64,000 bases of DNA. Origin: Sphagnum compactum. Lineage: Eukaryota. The notes below the pieces were generated by a model. That model was not told where the DNA came from, made no database searches, and worked only from the letters and a program-made list of their open reading frames with translations. A program made the translations under genes and the position numbers. Positions 13,130 through 25,914 of the stretch are shown piece after piece. Position 1 is the stretch's first letter; each line of letters starts with the position of its first letter. The DNA lies in contig OZ234494.1 of assembly GCA_965153455.1 (NCBI GenBank), positions 7,254,001-7,318,000 on the forward strand, written 5' to 3'.

Positions 13130-14859
13130 CCTGCAATTTAAGAAACTTGGAGAAAGGCAGCAGAATAGACTATGAATAATGCCTTTCAAGTTATTGGGTC
13201 AGTCCCATCAAAGGCATGGCCAGGCCAGGCCAGGCCTCCCCACTACAGTTAAAACACCTTGGGTGAACCAGGACCTTCACTGGGTGGGCAAACATACATA
13301 GTTGCACCTTCACCCCAACTTGCACCCACAATTATATTATACCAAGGTGAAAACTGAAAACCCTAATAAATTTTATTTTTCTTTGTGGCTAAACATTATA
13401 AATATCCAGTCTGAGAACTAAATCCAAGGTCTTGGAGACCAGAGGCCAAATTAAAAAAATTCTGAGGTTGAATATATTACCTCACCACTAAGAGGCCTCA
13501 CTCAGTTGGTGAAGGTACTAATGTAAGTGTCAATCCACTACATGTGCAACAAAAGTACCACATTACAGAACCAGACCCAAAATGTGTCCAGGACAGCATC
13601 TCTCTTTTCTAAAGAAAAAGATGGATTGGGCTGAGGGCAGACATCAGGGGAAAAAAAAAACAGTTTTGTACTGCCTGCAATAAAAGACATTGCACCACTG
13701 ATTTAGTGTCATCTGTGTAGGTAGGTGTTGGTTCACCATAGCCAACCTTGTAAACAGTACACAAAGTCTTGGGGGGGGGGGGGCAAAAGCAAAAATTGTC
13801 AGAATTAGGTTTGTCTTCTACCACCAAATTCCCTTTGCCATTCTACCAATATCATCATCATGCACAAAAGTTTTGTACTCATCCACATTTTACTATTCTG
13901 CCAAAATCATCAACATGCACACAAAGGTTTCTACTTGTCGACATTTACATGATGCATGCAAACACAAATGCAAAGAAAAAGTCGCACCAAAGTTGTTTGG
14001 TGGTCGAGAAACTGAAATTCTCAACCATGAAAGTGAAATCAGCCACATTTTTCCAGTTGTGTGTTACAAAAAAATTGTCAGAATTGGATCGTATTGAAAA
14101 TCTGTCAGCTGTGGTTGTCTTGTTAGTTGATTTTTTTTACAAATATGGTTTTAGGGTTTAGGGTATCTGAGAAACCCTTTCATTCAAATTTAAAGCAAAA
14201 AATAGAAATAAAAAAATCTCAGAGGATGCTATCAAGGTACTTGTGAAGGCCTTGAGTGAACCCTACAGGGTTTTAATTTAACATTGCCCACCAGGGGAAT
14301 TTAATATAGTCACGAAGAGGGCTCACTGAGGTTTAGGGTTAAACTCTGAAGACCCTGAAGTTCCCAACTTACCAGTGTAGGTGCTGGTTCACCCCGGCCT
14401 ACAAGGTGAAGCAGGAATTTTTCAGATTTCACCTCTTCATAGCCACATTGTACCTAGTGTGCACAACACATCAAGTGCATGTAAGAAAGATAGAAAACAA
14501 TACTACCCATTCATTCACACATGCCCCCCTCCTCCACTAGCTCAGACACAAAATGATAAACATTCCAACATGCAAAAGAAAATTCCATAAGCTCAGATGA
14601 TATTCTTGTGTACTACAAAAACCCCAAAAACTGTAGCAAATCTGCAGTTGTCTTGTACCATGTCTTATGCCACAATGACCCAAAAAAAAAAAAGTTCAAA
14701 AAACTTAGTAGTGATTGGCCTAGTGTTTGAAAATTCCAAGAATGAAAAATAATTGATTCAAATAGACAAGGTTAAAGTTCTTTAAAGATATTGAACAAGC
14801 AGGTTTTTAATCAAGCAGTTGAAATGGAGTTGTGAGTATGGTAGATCAAATCTAATCTC

Positions 14860-15050
14860 ATATGATGAGCATCTCTCAATTCCTCCTCCATAGCATCCAA
14901 TTACGCAATCTCGAGCATCTCCCAATTCCCAGTCATAGCATCTAAGCATGGATTGTCAAGCATTTTTTCCAATTCCCATTCATGGCATCTTAGAATGCAA
15001 TTTTTGAGCATCTCCCAATTCCTAGTCATAGTATTTAAGCATGCAATGTT
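14860..15050. repeat. Degenerate tandem repeat AGCATCTCCCAATTCC..TCATAGCATCTAAG, about 4 copies
   Basis: Units at about 14868, 14914, 14959 and 15007. Confidence 0.75.
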
Positions 15051-16039
15051 GTTGGTTCTAGTGTTGGGTTGCATTGTCGACACAACACCCCTTTTGGAAG
15101 TCCCACAAGCCCCCCTAAGAGCCAAATTGCATTTGCACTTATCCATTCCCATGCTTGATTAGGGGATGATAGGTTTTGTGGGGGCGCTTGTGGAACAAGA
15201 TGGAACTCATGTTTGTGAGCAAAAGAATTTTTTTTTAAATCCTATTTTATTTGTCTTTACTCGTTACCTGCCACAATTTTAGGTGTAGGGTAATGCGTGA
15301 GAGCCTGGCATTACCAAAATAAGCACCCCTGATGGAGCTGAAGGGTGCTTATTCTGGAAAGACCCCACTCCAAGGGTGTCACTCAACCTAAAGCACGGCC
15401 AAAAATTGATAATAATACTTTGTTCCCTGTTTAAGGGCGGATAGCCTACAACAGAAAAAAAATACTGTGGTACCTCGCTTGGCAGCTTCCATGTATGTTT
15501 GTTGAATAATTAATTAATTTTGCAATTTTCATTTGTAAAATCTTGTTGAAAGATTCAATATTTTCCTTCACAAATGATTTCAATCAAATTGATTTATTTT
15601 GAAATTTCAACATTTCTGAAAACAATATAATTTGTGTCAAAGCTGCCAAGGTAGTATGGTATATAAAAAGACTACAGTATGGATTTAAATACACCATGCA
15701 ACTCTTTTGGGGAATGTAGAATGCTATAGATTGAATTTTGACACCTCTTAGAAGGAAAAATAAGCCCGGGGGGAGGAAAAATAAATAAAAATTTAAATGG
15801 CCTGTTTTAATCAAATTGCTTATTTCAATGGTTATTGGCATGTCTCCTTATTTTATAATTATGTATTCCTTCAATGTTCAAATACATATTGAGTGTACAG
15901 ATTGAGTTGAACTCAATCTGTTGATGCATGTGGAACTTCCAAGCCTCACTCACATTTGACTACAACTCATAGCTTTCAATGCTTTGCCAATAACCTCCAT
16001 ATTTTTTATTTACATAAAATAATTCAAAAAAGTGTAAAA

Positions 16040-16440
16040 CAGAAAGTTGAGAATCTCAGAGATAGGATTGAAACAATTTTTTTTACTACAAATCATAGCT
16101 CTAAATGCTTGCCAATAAACCTCAATTTTGACATTAAACCATTGAAAATGTGGAGAATCAGAAAGTTGAGGATTTCAGAAATAGGTCAAGTTGAAACAAA
16201 TTTTTTGACTACAAATCATAGCTCTAAATGCTTGCCAATAAACCTCAATTTTTGACATTAAGCCATTGAAAATGTGGAAATTCAGAAAGTTGGGAATTCC
16301 AGAAATAGGTTAAGTTGAAACAAATTTTTTGACTACAAATCATAGCTCTAAATGCTTACCAATAAACCTCAATTTTCACATTAAACCATTGAAAATATGG
16401 AGAATCAAAAGTTGAGAATTTCAGATATAGGTGAAGCTGG
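16040..16440. repeat. Tandem repeat, about 124 bp x3
   Basis: ACTACAAATCATAGCTCTAAATGCTTGCCAATAAACCTCAATTTT recurs at about 16085, 16208 and 16332. Confidence 0.9.
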
Positions 16441-16859
16441 AAACCAATAACACTCAGAGATTAGAACTTCAGAGTTTGAACTTTGAAACACTCTTTTTCT
16501 TCTTGAACTCTGTATTTGACCTACCACAAGCATGACAACCCATCGGCCTCCATAAAAGTGCCTACTGGTACAATAACACCCGGCAAACTTTGGCATTTGA
16601 ATTACATCTAAGAGTCAGTAGTCAACATGAACAAAGACACACTTTCCTGTTTTGGTACGTATAGCTCATTTCTACAATATGTTTAGTACTGCACTCTGCC
16701 TGTAAAAAGTGTGAAAGTTCCTAACCACACAAGATGTGAGATCAATACCAGCATCAGGGGCTTGGGACCTGCAACCACAAACTCTACTAACTTATCTCTC
16801 TGTAGCCCAAAACAAAGGAAATCAGCAAGTATAACTGCAAGGGACCAGAAAGGACAGAA

Positions 16860-17799
16860 TATCTTTCATGAGAATAGAGAAATCTCCGTTCTCACGATGA
16901 AGAAGAAACAGCAAGGCTAACACTTCCTCAGGAAGCCACAGAAAGAACCAAACAAGGGAAGACAAGAAACAAAACAAAAAAACACACACCGGTATGAACA
17001 AAAGTGCCAGTCTCACAACAGTAGTATGTATGATAGTGACTTAACTATCACAACTTCCCCACTGACTTCATCAGCTCCCTACAGTGGGTAAAGGCCGGTG
17101 ACAAGCACCATCCTGCGAACTGAGTTTCTGCTGCAATTCCGGAAGCAACGGGAAGACTCAGCCATACTACTGGCTAGCAACAGACACCAAAACAAAGACC
17201 AGACAAGAAACAAAGAAAGACAGAAAGGGAAAGGACAGGGAAAGACAAAGAACAAGTGGGCTTACAGAAAGCTCCCCACTTACATGACCCGAAGCAAAAT
17301 CATTCTGAAAATGCCAAAGCTGAAATTCCAAAGAGGAATTTTTCTTTAAGAACCAACCCTCTAGTTCTCTTTAGAAGAACTTTTAAAGGGTAGCCTTTTG
17401 CCTTCAGAAAGACAATAAGACTGCCCATCTGGAAGACAAAAAACTTCTTACAACTACAAAGTCTCAAGAACCTGTAAAATTGACTATTGATAACCCCGAG
17501 CTTCGCAGTCATTGAGATATTGGAATGAACGTGTGGCATTCTACTCATTTCAATACCTGCATACTCTGGTTGAGAGCGTTTGTCAAAAATGTCACAGGAT
17601 AAACCTTGAGGACTCTGGCTCACAGTTAGATCCAAGAAATTACAAGAGAAGCCTTTAGATGTACAATTCAACTCGCAAGAGGTTTTTGAGTATATGCCGC
17701 TACCAAAAGAGTCTTGGTTAAGGTACATGAAGTTCTCAAAATCTGGAAAATCTGGAACAAAAAGATCATCCACAAACCTACGAACCAAGGACAAACTAT
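16860..17799 (-). mobile_element. 5'-truncated Penelope-like retroelement: RT C-terminal part plus 3' UTR
   Basis: Translation HSLSLVRRFVDDLF...NFLDLTV...DIFDKR...MPHVHSN...SQFYRFLRLCS...KGYP matches PLE RT motifs and thumb. Flanked by a perfect 12-bp direct repeat GAAAGGACAGAA (16848-16859 and 17800-17811). Confidence 0.85.
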
Positions 17800-18181
17800 G
17801 AAAGGACAGAACACCAAGAAAGGTATAATGAGACACATCTGCAAATGATATGTACAAGCAGTCAAGCAGGTCTGCAGTAAAATATTTTTCATCTTTAAAT
17901 TCAGTTTGTCTTCTTGAGGGAAGAATGGAATCCAAGTACAAGAAACTAAAGAAAGCTCTGGACACCCCAGTTTGCTAGGTTCTCTTGCCTGTCCTTTGTC
18001 CTAGGTTTTAAAAAAAATGAGTGTTCTTAATTGGAAAATGCCTTAATTGAACAAAGGACTGCAAACCAAACCAAGGTTTCTAATATCAAGAGACTTCAGC
18101 TTACATTAAGCAGATCATTATTTGAAGTTGAGCCTTTGCACACTGTACAGTTATTCAAAGTTGGCATGCTTGTGACAAAGC

Positions 18182-20455
18182 TCACTGATGTGGGGCTGGT
18201 TTCCGTCTCAAAGTCATTGAATTGGATGACCCCTCAAAGAAATCACCAAGTGCAACCTCCAAGTCTTCAGGTTGATACTTGATGTACTTGTCAGGGTGCC
18301 TACCAGTCTCCACAAACTGGCCATAGCGTCCTACAAAGGCACGGTAGGCAGGGAGAAGCTTGTCAGAAATGGAGATGCGAAGCTCTTCACGGAGCTCTGG
18401 ATCCACCACCACCCATGTTGACTGTGTTTTATGAACCTCATCAAATGCAAGGTTAAAATACTTGAACCGATCCTTCAGCACTACACGTGAAACCTCCCCA
18501 CCTCCTGCACTGTGAATGCCTTCATCACGCAAGAGACCCATTACCTTGCTCCATGCAGCTCTTTGGTAACTTGTTGCATATTGCCGCATAAGGCTTGTGT
18601 GCTTCCGCACCCAGTCATCACCTATTAGTGCCCACACCTCTGAAGTTTTCACTTTCTGGACTGTGTAGTGCACATTGTTCATGAGGAAGAGATGTGTGAG
18701 AGCCACATCTTTGTAGAGTTTGGACTTGCCCTCTAAGTTGTTTCGAAGCACATGGGTTAGCCAGTTTATTTGCTTAGCCAGTGGTGACAGCTCCTCTTTT
18801 CCATCTTGTTCGTCATCACCATGAGCAACTGGGGCTCCATTGCTGTTACCCAAAAGCTTTGGCACCTCATTATTCTCCCCAAAGAGATGATTCAGAGTTA
18901 CTTTGTAATCACACAACTTCTTGATGTAATTCATCACAGAACGAGTCAGTGGATGAACTGCACCACCAGGCACAGGTGTCTTTGACCCATCTTGTTCAAT
19001 CACATTCTCAAACTCAGCAAATGTTCCATGTGCTGCCTCTCCAAGGCGCATCAAAAGGCCTGACACCTCTGACCTCACACTTGTGCCAGAACTTCCACAG
19101 AATATCGAATCAACTTCTGGAATAAGGCCCCGTAGTGTCTCATACATCTCCAGGATCTTAAAGAGCTTGTCTGGGGACCTCCGTGAGATGGCTATAGCTT
19201 CCCCAAAGCTCAGCATCTGCATCATTGCTCCTTTAGTGATTTCGCAGAAGCAGAAGTCAGAAATTGAAGGAAAAACCTGATCACAGACAATTGGAACACA
19301 GTAAGTCAAGAACATCAAGCTTCCCATTCTAAGACCTGTTGTGGACCAAGAATAAGATCCAAACATTCATACTGCCAGCTTTTGGAGGAGAAACTCAGTA
19401 AGAGGAGAGCTCTGGAAAGGTGAATGCCACCTGCTCACCCCTTTGTTTCCTTGAAGAATTAACATTAACAAATGATACAGAGATTGAGTCAGCAGTACCT
19501 GATTGCAGAGCTGCTTCTCACTTGCAAAAAGAACCTTCACACCAACTTCCATGGCCTGGTTCCATCTCTTGATAGTGTCTACTTGCGTCTCCCATGGCAT
19601 CTTCTGCACCTCATCAATGCTGAGCTTCTCAACACCCAGTCTGTACAGACTCTCTTCCAACATATTCTTCCTGACACTCACATATACCTGGCAGCACTTG
19701 TGCCGGAATCCAGCACTAATCATGCGTTGTGCTATGTTCTGTAAGTCTATGGCAACTTCTGTGGGAACTAGGTCCAATATAGCTGGTAAATCTCCTACAG
19801 GTTCTGCCACAGGGACATCATCACCCTCATTTCCAGAGCAGCTTTCTGGTACCTTCGCCTCATTGTCCTGACTATTTGCAAAAGATCCTGCCAACAAACA
19901 ATCTAGTAGCCAGTAAGGGTCAACAGATACACTATGCTGTTCAAGCATATGCCGGAACTCCTCTTCCAGTCTTGCCATAGCCAATTGCAGCAGGTTCTGC
20001 ACTCTTTCCAGTATTTCCGGATCCTGATTGTGAACAGTGAGTGACTCTAGCATGTTCTGAACCTTGTCAACAGCTCCAAGATATTCTTCTGCATCTTCAA
20101 CTGGGCATTCAAATATCATGCTTTCTTGGGCTTGATCTGAGGAGGCTGCATCCCAATGATTTATGACATCCTCTGCTCTATCAAGGCTAGATTTCCTGGC
20201 TTTTCTGCTTGGTCTTTGAGATGCAGAATTCAAATGTGGGCTTGTCTTTGAAGATGATGTACTTTCAAGGTCATGAGACTCTTGCAAGCTTGTTGCCTCC
20301 AGCTTTCTGGAGTTGAAATTCATGCTTGGAAAGCGGTGCTCAAAATGTGATAGGACTTGTCGCATATCATTGTTGATTGTTGTTGTCATGCCTAGGGGTT
20401 TTACAATCTGCTGTGCTGCCAATGGCACCTGCTCTTTGCCATCAGGTGCCGCCAT
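18182..20455 (-). CDS. EXO70: Exocyst subunit Exo70 family protein, about 683 aa; exons 20455-19499 and 19276-18182
   Basis: Two long ORFs join in phase 0 across a 222-bp GT..AG intron (19498-19277), giving ...LCNQ|VFPS.... Exo70 hallmarks: AMARLEEEF, IAQRMISAG, RRSPDKLFKILEMYE, PGGAVHPLTRSVMNY, FLMNNVHY, LREELRISI..KLLPAYRAF. Start taken as the ATG of MAAPDG. Resembles the intron-poor Exo70.2-type clade (inference). Confidence 0.95.
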
Positions 20456-21939
20456 AGCTCTCCAGGAAAAACGCACAATTTCTTGAACCCACTTCCCTTT
20501 CTATACCTCACCCATCTGAAGTAGAAAGTACAAGGAAGAAAAGCTCACATCTAAGAAAGAGAAGACCTTCATAAACCTCTTCCTAGTCTATATACCTGGC
20601 CCTCATGACACCAAGTTAAGAAAAGTTCCGGGAGGGAAGTCTCAAATAGTTCAAGCTCAAAGCCTTCCTGAATGCTTAAAAGCTATAAGAAGAAAAAACG
20701 GATTAGTAGTCTGGGTCTATTAGTAGTGAACTTTTGGACTTTCTTCTGCAATCTGCAGTTCAAGTATCAAAGCTTCCGCTAGAGAAAAATATTTGCTGAA
20801 TTATGGGGAGATAGACGCCAAAACCCGAAAAAGAAGAGACAGGGTTTGATCTTTGATAGTGGGTTTTTGACAATTCTTCTCTATGCGAGACCATCTAGCC
20901 ATCCAGCGGCAAGTAAGAGGAGGAAATTGTGATCAAAACCTCCTGAGCCTTCCCTCTGGATCCTAAGAAGCGTAGAATTTGGACACACACACACACACAC
21001 ACACAAAGCCGCCGGAAAAGATAAGGACCCCGAGAGAAGGCAAAAAAAACCTCAAATGAGACGATGAGCTCAAAAACCCTTCCCCGCAGTTTGCAACGAG
21101 CAAGCGGAGCCACAGCACATTGAAACTTCAACCCAATTGCCTCCCTTTCGCCAAAATCTCATTCACTCAGGTCTGCGCACCACCCAAGATTCTTCTGTAA
21201 CTCAAAATTGCAACTCGGCTTTGATGTCCACGCGCCTAACACCCACAACGCTTTCTCTCATCAGTTTTCCACATTTGGGTATTGTGCGATCACTACACTG
21301 CACTGCACTGCGCTTGTGACGATGCTCCTCAAAACTCCCTGCCAAGCACAGATCCCGTTCTTATCCTCCTCCTCTCCTCTTCCTCGCCTCTCCTCTCCTC
21401 TCCTCTCCTCTCCTCTCGCTTCTCTCCTTTGCCTTCACGAAGGTATCTTGTTTTCTTCAGCTGCCCTATGCCCGTTTCTGCTGCCCTTTTCCCCCATATC
21501 TACCCCGCTGGTGAACAAAAGAGTGAAAAAAATATGCCATTTTATTTCTATTATTTTTATTTCTATAAAAGTATAGGAAAGTTTGCCATGAAAATAATAG
21601 AAAATATGTATATTCAAAGTCCTTCCATAAATCCAACTAACTTATATATTTATTTTATTTTATTTATTTTATTTTATTTTTCAAAGCCTTTTCCATAATT
21701 CCAACTAACTTTAAACTTCACATACCTACATGGGACACACACACAAATATACATATATTTTGGTTGACTACTAAAATGCTTGTTGGGTACCATTCAATGT
21801 CAACTCAAATTTATCTCCCCCCTCCTCCCACACGGTCCACCCCCACAAAAAACCCCTGGAAAAAAAAAAAAATTAAATTAAATTAAATTGAAGTTGAAGG
21901 TTTCCGGTCTAGAATGGTTGATCTCCTTACCTCCCTCTC

Positions 21940-22135
21940 CTCCGAAAATAATAATAATAAATAAATAAATAAACAAACAAACAAATAAAGCTTTTCCTAA
22001 GGAAAAGGTGTAAACGTTCAGGGTGTGGATGGATGGAATAATAATAATAATAAAATAAATAAATAAATAAATAAACAAATAAAGCTTTTCCTAAGGAAAA
22101 GGTGTAAAGGTTCCAGGGTGTGGATGGATGGAAAT
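21940..22135. repeat. Tandem duplication, about 95 bp x2, with (AAT)n/(AAAT)n
   Basis: AAATAAAGCTTTTCCTAAGGAAAAGGTGTAAA..CAGGGTGTGGATGGATGGAA occurs twice. Confidence 0.9.
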
Positions 22136-22509
22136 GATATTTCTTGTCCTGATCATTTTCCTATTGGTGACCCAAAAAAATCATTAATTTTATTTTGCAG
22201 GCTTCAGGCTGACATTTTAAAAACTCTTTGTAATTATCATGTTGGAATTTTTCTTTTATGAAAGGAAAAAGTTTTCTGGGCTTTTTCATGTCATTTACCC
22301 TACTCACCATTAGGCTAGTGTGTATGGGAAACTTAACATTTTCAACTCCATGATGTCCCCGATGGACAGAGGGACGAGGGGACGGATTCAGGGGAAGCTT
22401 CATTTAACATCCCGACGTCCTTTACTATATGTAATGTCAACATAGAGATGCAAGAAGCGAATGTTACACACTACTAACTTTGATAAAGTTCTGGGATGGT
22501 GTGGTCGAA

Positions 22510-22820
22510 AGAAGAAAAATCATGTATATAAAAATCAAGGATGGGAACCCATTCATCAAAGGTACAAGGCAAATGAGAGCACAAGTAAACACAACCCACA
22601 TAAAAAAAACAAAAGCAAACAATCAACAAAAGTAAGGTAAAAAATCCTATCCAAATAGGACCCATGGCTACTGAGGAATAACGAGCTACATGAACAAAGA
22701 AGACCTAAGACAAAGGAGCTTGTCATCTGTCACAAATCGGTTAGTGACAAAAGTGCACTAGATATGATGTGTGGAAGAGAGGAAGAGCCTCGCCCAAGTA
22801 AACCTATGACAACTACTAGC
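22510..22820 (-). mobile_element. 3'-terminal fragment of another CRE-like family
   Basis: Minus strand reads LGRGSSSLPHIISSALLSLTDL*Q, with the same layout as the other CRE-like ORF ends. Followed by a T-rich 3' UTR. Confidence 0.45.
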
Positions 22821-25800
22821 AACCGACTACCTATAAGAATTGAACAAGTATGGTTAGGCTTCCACCCAAATGTGAACTAAGATATCATAGCACCTTGGCC
22901 AGTTCAACACGTGTTTTTTGTGGAATAATTAATTTAATTTTGAGGATTCCATATCAACCATTGATATATTCCCAAATATTTCATCAGATTCTTTGTTATC
23001 CTTCATGGGAAAATAATAATAATAATAATCTGAAAATTTCAACAATTCTGAAAATAATGTAATTAGTGTAAAACTGGCCCAGGTACTACTACAATATCCT
23101 CTTTTATTTTTTGATGAATGTACTTGTTAAATACCCATTAAAATATTTGTAAAGTATTATCAACATACCTTATATATAAATGGCCTGAAGTTTCATTGAT
23201 GGACATAACATGTGGAGGATATTAAAGGTTTGTGATATTCCATCGATCACCTTAGGAAATTGGACCCTAATTAAGACTTCACCTTCTCCTTTGTAGGAAC
23301 AAATATGTTCGAAACATGATTGCATTCAACAATATAGGTGGTGTTCATGATGGTAGCATCATCTCACCTTCACCATGATACCAACCATAGTGAATTGTTT
23401 TGTTTTGCAAAAGCTTATCAGGTTGCCAACATCTTGGATCTACAATTGATGGAATTGTTAGATGTTGCAATGTGTTTTGTATAGGAGGAGGATCAAATTT
23501 GCAATTGTTTTACATTTTGAGGTGCTAGGAATGAATGCAAGAGTTCAAGTTCCCAAGCATCAAGAAACATAGCATGACAAAAAGATTGTCCTTTCTCCTA
23601 CATAAAGATTAAAGGTTTTTTCTCTATCCATCATTTCTTTTTTATCCATCATTATTTTATTTTTCTATTTGCAATTCAACTTTCTTCTTCACGTACCGCC
23701 ACCTTTCATGTTGTTGGATCCCAATCTTAATCAAATGTAAAAGAAATGGTGAAAGGAAAAGAAATAATCAAATGATAAAGAAGTCATGATAAATATATGA
23801 AAAAAGGATTATTAGTTTTCAAAGGAGGACGGATTTTGAAATGTAAGATTTTTCTTACATGATGGAAGAAATTGAAAAGTCAAATTTAAAATGAAGGTTC
23901 TTTTGAAATGATGTTACTTCTAAAGGTTTCAATCACCAAAAATCAAAAAAAGAAGTTGTTATATTTGATTTAGTATGTAACCCAAAACTAAGAAAATAAT
24001 TTAGGATTGTCCAGTTTATAAATCTTCCTTGAGATGATTGACATTTTTTAACATATTCTTATGGACAATGGCCACTTGGGTAGTACATAAATGAACTTGA
24101 CACAATATATATATTCATATTATTGACCAAATATTAAACACCTTTTCCAATATTCACATTTTAATATAAATAGGAAATAAATTACATTATCCCATTTATT
24201 TCATATCAATTATTTGGATAAGCCAAGTATATAAAATTCTATTTATTTCATTTAAAATGATTCTACTTGGTTTATGACTTGAACAACCCTACTAATTGGA
24301 AGGAATGGATTTGGATATAGAAAAAAAAAAATTGAATATTATCATGTGATATTTTGGAGTGTGCATAATAGATGTTCATTGGAAATCAAAATATGGAAAT
24401 GATTTTTTTTAATCAATTTTTTTCCTTCTCTAAAAAAATAATTGTAATTAGATCCACTTGGTGTAAAATGAACCTAAGTATAATGTTTTGTAAAGATCAA
24501 TCAAGTACATAAAAAATAAAAATGTTTATAGCTAAAAGGAATAATTGCAAGGTAAAAAAAATCATTTAAATCGCTTAAAACTCAATTGAATAATTGGGTG
24601 TGTGAAATATTGGTGTAGTCTCAACAATTATCGAAATTAATTATTTAAGCCATAAAAATATTAATGTATTTGGGCGGGAGTGATGGGATTTACATGTAAA
24701 GGTTTAGGATTGATCTGAATATTGCATTCTCGAATTCATTGGATTGTCATTAATGAATCCAAAAATGCAATACCCACATTAATCCTAAACCATTACATTT
24801 TAAATGGTTTGGGGTTCCCAAAGCCAACACTTATTTTCATGATTCATGTACGTGCAAGTATCGCACTAAAATAGTGATTTTGTCTTATGCAATACCCACA
24901 TTTAGGTGTTAATGAAAATGACCCTATTTTGCTTATGATTAATAATTAAATACATAGTCCAAAAGTGCAATACCCACATCCACTCAAATTGGGCTTTGGA
25001 AGGACAATAAGACCTCATTAAAACTAAAATAATTGAGATGGTTTATCCATGTACTAGTTAAAAGGTTTGGCCAAGAAGTAGAAAGGTTTTGTCAAAAGGT
25101 AAAAGTTTAATTAGGAAGCATAAAGGTTTTGTCAAGAGGTAAAAGTTCAGCCAAAAAATCATAAAATAAAAACTTAACTAAGAAATATAAAGGTTTAGCC
25201 AAAAAAAATAGAAGCCTTAACAAGATATAAAGGTTTTGTTTTGATGTAAAAGTTTAGCTAAGAAGTAGAAAAGTTTTTCTAAAACATAAAGTTTTTGCCA
25301 AGAACTAAAAAGTTGTGGTAGTTTCTTATAAGGGTAAAAAATGTTTTTAACAAAATCAAAAACCCTAAGATTGAATCAAGTTTGAAAATGTGGCAAATCT
25401 ACCAATCCAGGACTTGCTTCCATGTAATCAATATGTGCATCGCCTTGGGCTTAACTATTCTTGCCATTGAATTTGACTTTTCTTTTTTCTTTTTCTTCCA
25501 TTTCATCTTCTCTATGTCATAGTTGCCACTTGAGCTCATTGGATTTGTTCTACAATTGTTTGCCTCTTACTTCTTTTCCCTTTTCCAATTTTTTCTTTCA
25601 TTTCACATATTTTTTCCCATAATCACCCTAGGGAGTTCACTCATTGTATTTTATTTTCAAATGCACCACCAATGAATTGAGAACACAACAATAATTTTTA
25701 ATTATACAAAATGACATGGTTTGCATCCATAGATCCTTTTGGATTGGAAGTGACATTAAAGGAATTAAATCATAAAAACATACTATAGATAGTCATGCCT

Positions 25801-25914
25801 TAAGGTGGAACTACCAAATAGATTATGGGTTCAACTACCATTACCACTTCTATTTGAGTACATCCATAACAATATTATAACTCAAATTATGTCCAAATTG
25901 TAATTCATAAATAA

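Noticed and set aside
15285-15355. TPP riboswitch-like words (GGGGTGCTT, GGTAATGC)
   Set aside because: The CUGAGA and CCCU..ACCUGA elements are missing or out of order, and no thiamine gene is nearby.
17040-17165. Canonical hammerhead ribozyme or SECIS element in the PLE 3' UTR
   Set aside because: CTGATGA, GAAA and GTC are present, but stems I-III cannot be closed in any topology. No SECIS geometry.
17812-17965. N-terminal part of the 221-aa ORF as RT sequence
   Set aside because: It lies outside the TSD, so it is host flank in frame by chance.
19277-19498. Exo70 split into two genes or frameshifted
   Set aside because: A phase-0 GT-AG intron joins the two ORFs cleanly.
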